From the IMG/VR virus record IMGVR_UViG_3300027575_000005, positions 1 to 44,767 of that record: 44,767 nt of DNA. The stretch is one strand, 5' to 3'. Numbering within the stretch: position 1 is the stretch's first letter; every line of letters starts with the position of its first letter. Below, piece by piece: positions 42,848-44,767 of this stretch. The position numbers were made by a program, and so were the translations under genes. The notes under the pieces are model-generated. The model ran no database searches and had not been told where the DNA came from. It saw only the letters and a program-made list of their open reading frames with translations. The DNA is from a virus. Taxonomy: Duplodnaviria > Caudoviricetes.

Positions 42848-43771
42848 TCATCCCTGACTCAGAGGCCCAACCGCGAGCGATTCCGCCGCGCCGCCGGTCT
42901 CGCTGATTCTGTAATTGATCGTCCCCGACGTGAACGCGATGCAGTTCAAACGATAGAGCACGTTCTTTTCAGGTTCGCCGAACGTGATATTCACTGGTGT
43001 TCCCGCGGTCCACTGCGCAAGCTGACCCGAGCCTCCGACGTTGCAAACGATCCACGTTGCCCCACCATCAAAGGACCGCTCAAGCTGCACAGTCGCCGAA
43101 TAAACAATCGCCGCGCCAGTGAACGTCGCATTTGCGTCCGCGCCCGAGACCGTGATCGCATTCAAGGTCAGCGCAAATTGCAGCGGCATCCGAAAGTCTA
43201 GCACCGGAGCCAGTGTTGGAACGTTCGACAGAAAGATGATTCCTTCCCGCCCAGGAGCACCCGCGCCGCCATTCGGAGCAGCGCCTTGCGGCGCAATGTC
43301 GGTCTGAAAGATCGAGGCTACCGTCGTCCCGGCCGGGAGCGTGATATTTTCGTTGTTGGACGGAACAGTAACCGTAGCCCCGAGCAACGCAGCAACATTC
43401 GATCCAGGCGGCAGCGTGCAGCGTCCTGTAGAGGTATTGACGCGACACCAATAGGTGAGAGTCGGCAACCCCAGCGTGACAGTTGTTCCGCCAAGGACTG
43501 CAATAGTCGAACCGCGCGGAACGTTCACGCTGTTGATGGCATTGCCAGCAATCAGACCCGTAGCACTTCCCACCGTCGCAGAAAGCGACGCCGCGGTAGT
43601 GGTGAGCGCCGTAGCAATCGAGGCCCAAATCGCGAGATTCATCGGCCCGCGAAACGCAAACGGCTTTCCAGGACCTATCCCTGAGAATACCCCGGACACA
43701 ACGGCGTTCGCCTGGTCCCCGAGATTCGGGAGACCAGAGGCAGAAACGCCGTTTGGTGCCGGGATGCCCAT
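42848..43771 (-). CDS. Putative capsid decoration protein
   Basis: ATVQLERSFDGGATW...EPE....YRLNC...SGT.NYRIS; no signal peptide. Confidence 0.65.
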   Translation of the reverse strand: MGIPAPNGVSASGLPNLGDQANAVVSGVFSGIGPGKPFAFRGPMNLAIWASIATALTTTAASLSATVGSATGLIAGNAINSVNVPRGSTIAVLGGTTVTLGLPTLTYWCRVNTSTGRCTLPPGSNVAALLGATVTVPSNNENITLPAGTTVASIFQTDIAPQGAAPNGGAGAPGREGIIFLSNVPTLAPVLDFRMPLQFALTLNAITVSGADANATFTGAAIVYSATVQLERSFDGGATWIVCNVGGSGQLAQWTAGTPVNITFGEPEKNVLYRLNCIAFTSGTINYRISETGGAAESLAVGPLSQG

Positions 43772-43774
43772 GGC

Positions 43775-44545
43775 TTACTGCGCAACCCTCGCGGCCATCG
43801 CCTCGGCAGGATTCTGGTAATTCCGGCGGGCGGGTTGGGCCACCGTGCCGAGGATACGAACCTCGGGGGCGTTCGGATCGTTGTTATCCGCAGCTTCCGG
43901 AGAATGATCCTGCGGCTGCCCCACAGCCAGACGCGGCGGGGCATCACCCTTCACCACGAGACCACCCGGCGTCATCCACGGCGGACGATTGTCCGGAGCA
44001 ACGATTCCACCATGGGACCCCTTGATGGATTTCAGCTTCTCGGTCGAACCAATCGACTCCTTGTAGAGCGCGTAGATATCATGCGCGATATCGTTGAGCG
44101 GCTTCAATCCCTCGCACGGAATACCAGTCCAGATGATTTCCTGGGGGACGACGGTTTTGTCGGGCTGGCGGCGCCACGGATCGATGATGCGTTCACCGAA
44201 ATAGATTTTCGACACCACCTGATATTCCGGCTTCAAGCCTTTCAGGCGGGTATCAGTAACCAGCTTCGCACACTTTTCCGCCGCCGCCGCGCGCCGGGCA
44301 AGAACTTCCGGAGCCACGCGCTTCCGGCTCGTTCCCTGATCGGAAATCTCCGCGATCTGCAAGGCCATGGTCGAGAAGAACGCCTTCGTGGCGTCATCGA
44401 CGTTCATTCCGTTACTGGCCTTAGCAAGAGACGCAACAGCTTCCGCCGCCGCCCTACTCGCGGCTTTCTGCACCGCCTCCTGGAATTCCGGCGTCGCCAT
44501 CATGGCAGACACGTCCGGCTTCTTGTTCTCATCCGCCATGAACAT
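43775..44545 (-). CDS. Hypothetical protein downstream of capsid cement gene
   Basis: GAGAGGA RBS before MFMADENKK; the ORF-track extension overlaps the upstream gene. Confidence 0.7.
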   Translation of the reverse strand: MFMADENKKPDVSAMMATPEFQEAVQKAASRAAAEAVASLAKASNGMNVDDATKAFFSTMALQIAEISDQGTSRKRVAPEVLARRAAAAEKCAKLVTDTRLKGLKPEYQVVSKIYFGERIIDPWRRQPDKTVVPQEIIWTGIPCEGLKPLNDIAHDIYALYKESIGSTEKLKSIKGSHGGIVAPDNRPPWMTPGGLVVKGDAPPRLAVGQPQDHSPEAADNNDPNAPEVRILGTVAQPARRNYQNPAEAMAARVAQ

Positions 44546-44594
44546 ATCCTCTCTGGGTCGTGGTTTGCGTCCCGGTCCCAATGTCGTGCTCCGA

Positions 44595-44767
44595 CTAGGC
44601 GACCGTAAAATTCTTTGCGGCGAAGCGGTTGGCCTGATCGTCACGAACCATCGTTACGAGTGCAGAACCGATGGTGCCCGCCGTAAAGCTCGTTCCGCCC
44701 GACAGCGTGAACAGCAAGCGCAGATAGCGCGCTTGGAGATTCGCCGGCATCTGCGGAATCCACGGCG
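44595..44767 (-). CDS. Bbp16-like capsid cement protein, 5'-truncated
   Basis: ...QARYLRLLFTLSGGTSFTAGTIGSA...* matches the RYLRL...TAG.I pattern of BPP-1 Bbp16-type proteins. Confidence 0.6.
   Translation of the reverse strand, partial: PWIPQMPANLQARYLRLLFTLSGGTSFTAGTIGSALVTMVRDDQANRFAAKNFTVA

Noticed and set aside
13509-44608. Numerous + strand ORFs opposite the late operon (e.g. 23066..23860, 26178..27173, 41013..41840, 43835..44608)
   Set aside because: Arg/His-rich antisense shadows expected in GC-rich coding DNA.

Overview
The window is a ~45 kb segment of a tailed dsDNA phage (or prophage) with a podovirus-type virion module resembling BPP-1/epsilon15/T7 organisation. The host is probably an alphaproteobacterium (Hyphomicrobiales), inferred from the 'AADMPVKA' outer-membrane-protein motif. 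Positions 1-8.2 kb (+ strand) hold the end of a DNA adenine methyltransferase and about 30 small accessory genes, including HTH, Arc, DUF551 and Rmf/CrpP-fold proteins, two sigma70 promoters with palindromic operators and two probable structured RNAs. Positions 8.37-44.77 kb (- strand) are a late operon. In transcription order it has a capsid cement protein (partial), decoration proteins, an O-antigen-ligase/O-oligosaccharyltransferase, small basic proteins, a capsid staple protein, and signal-peptide-bearing fibre/lectin/glycosidase proteins. It continues with three tail-adaptor paralogues, the tail nozzle, four internal (ejection) proteins, a GH108 endolysin, a holin, an inverted-repeat-flanked triple-HTH gene, a porin-like protein and a permuted NlpC/P60 hydrolase. 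No terminase, portal, major capsid, integrase or replication genes were recognised in the window. Three features stand out: (i) a putative periplasmic export and glycosylation system for virion-associated proteins; (ii) a dispersed bipartite GGTCA-N-CGGTCA element, 11 copies, marking the boundaries of inserted small genes; (iii) several repeat, RNA and overprinting features. All calls come from manual motif recognition; no database search was run.
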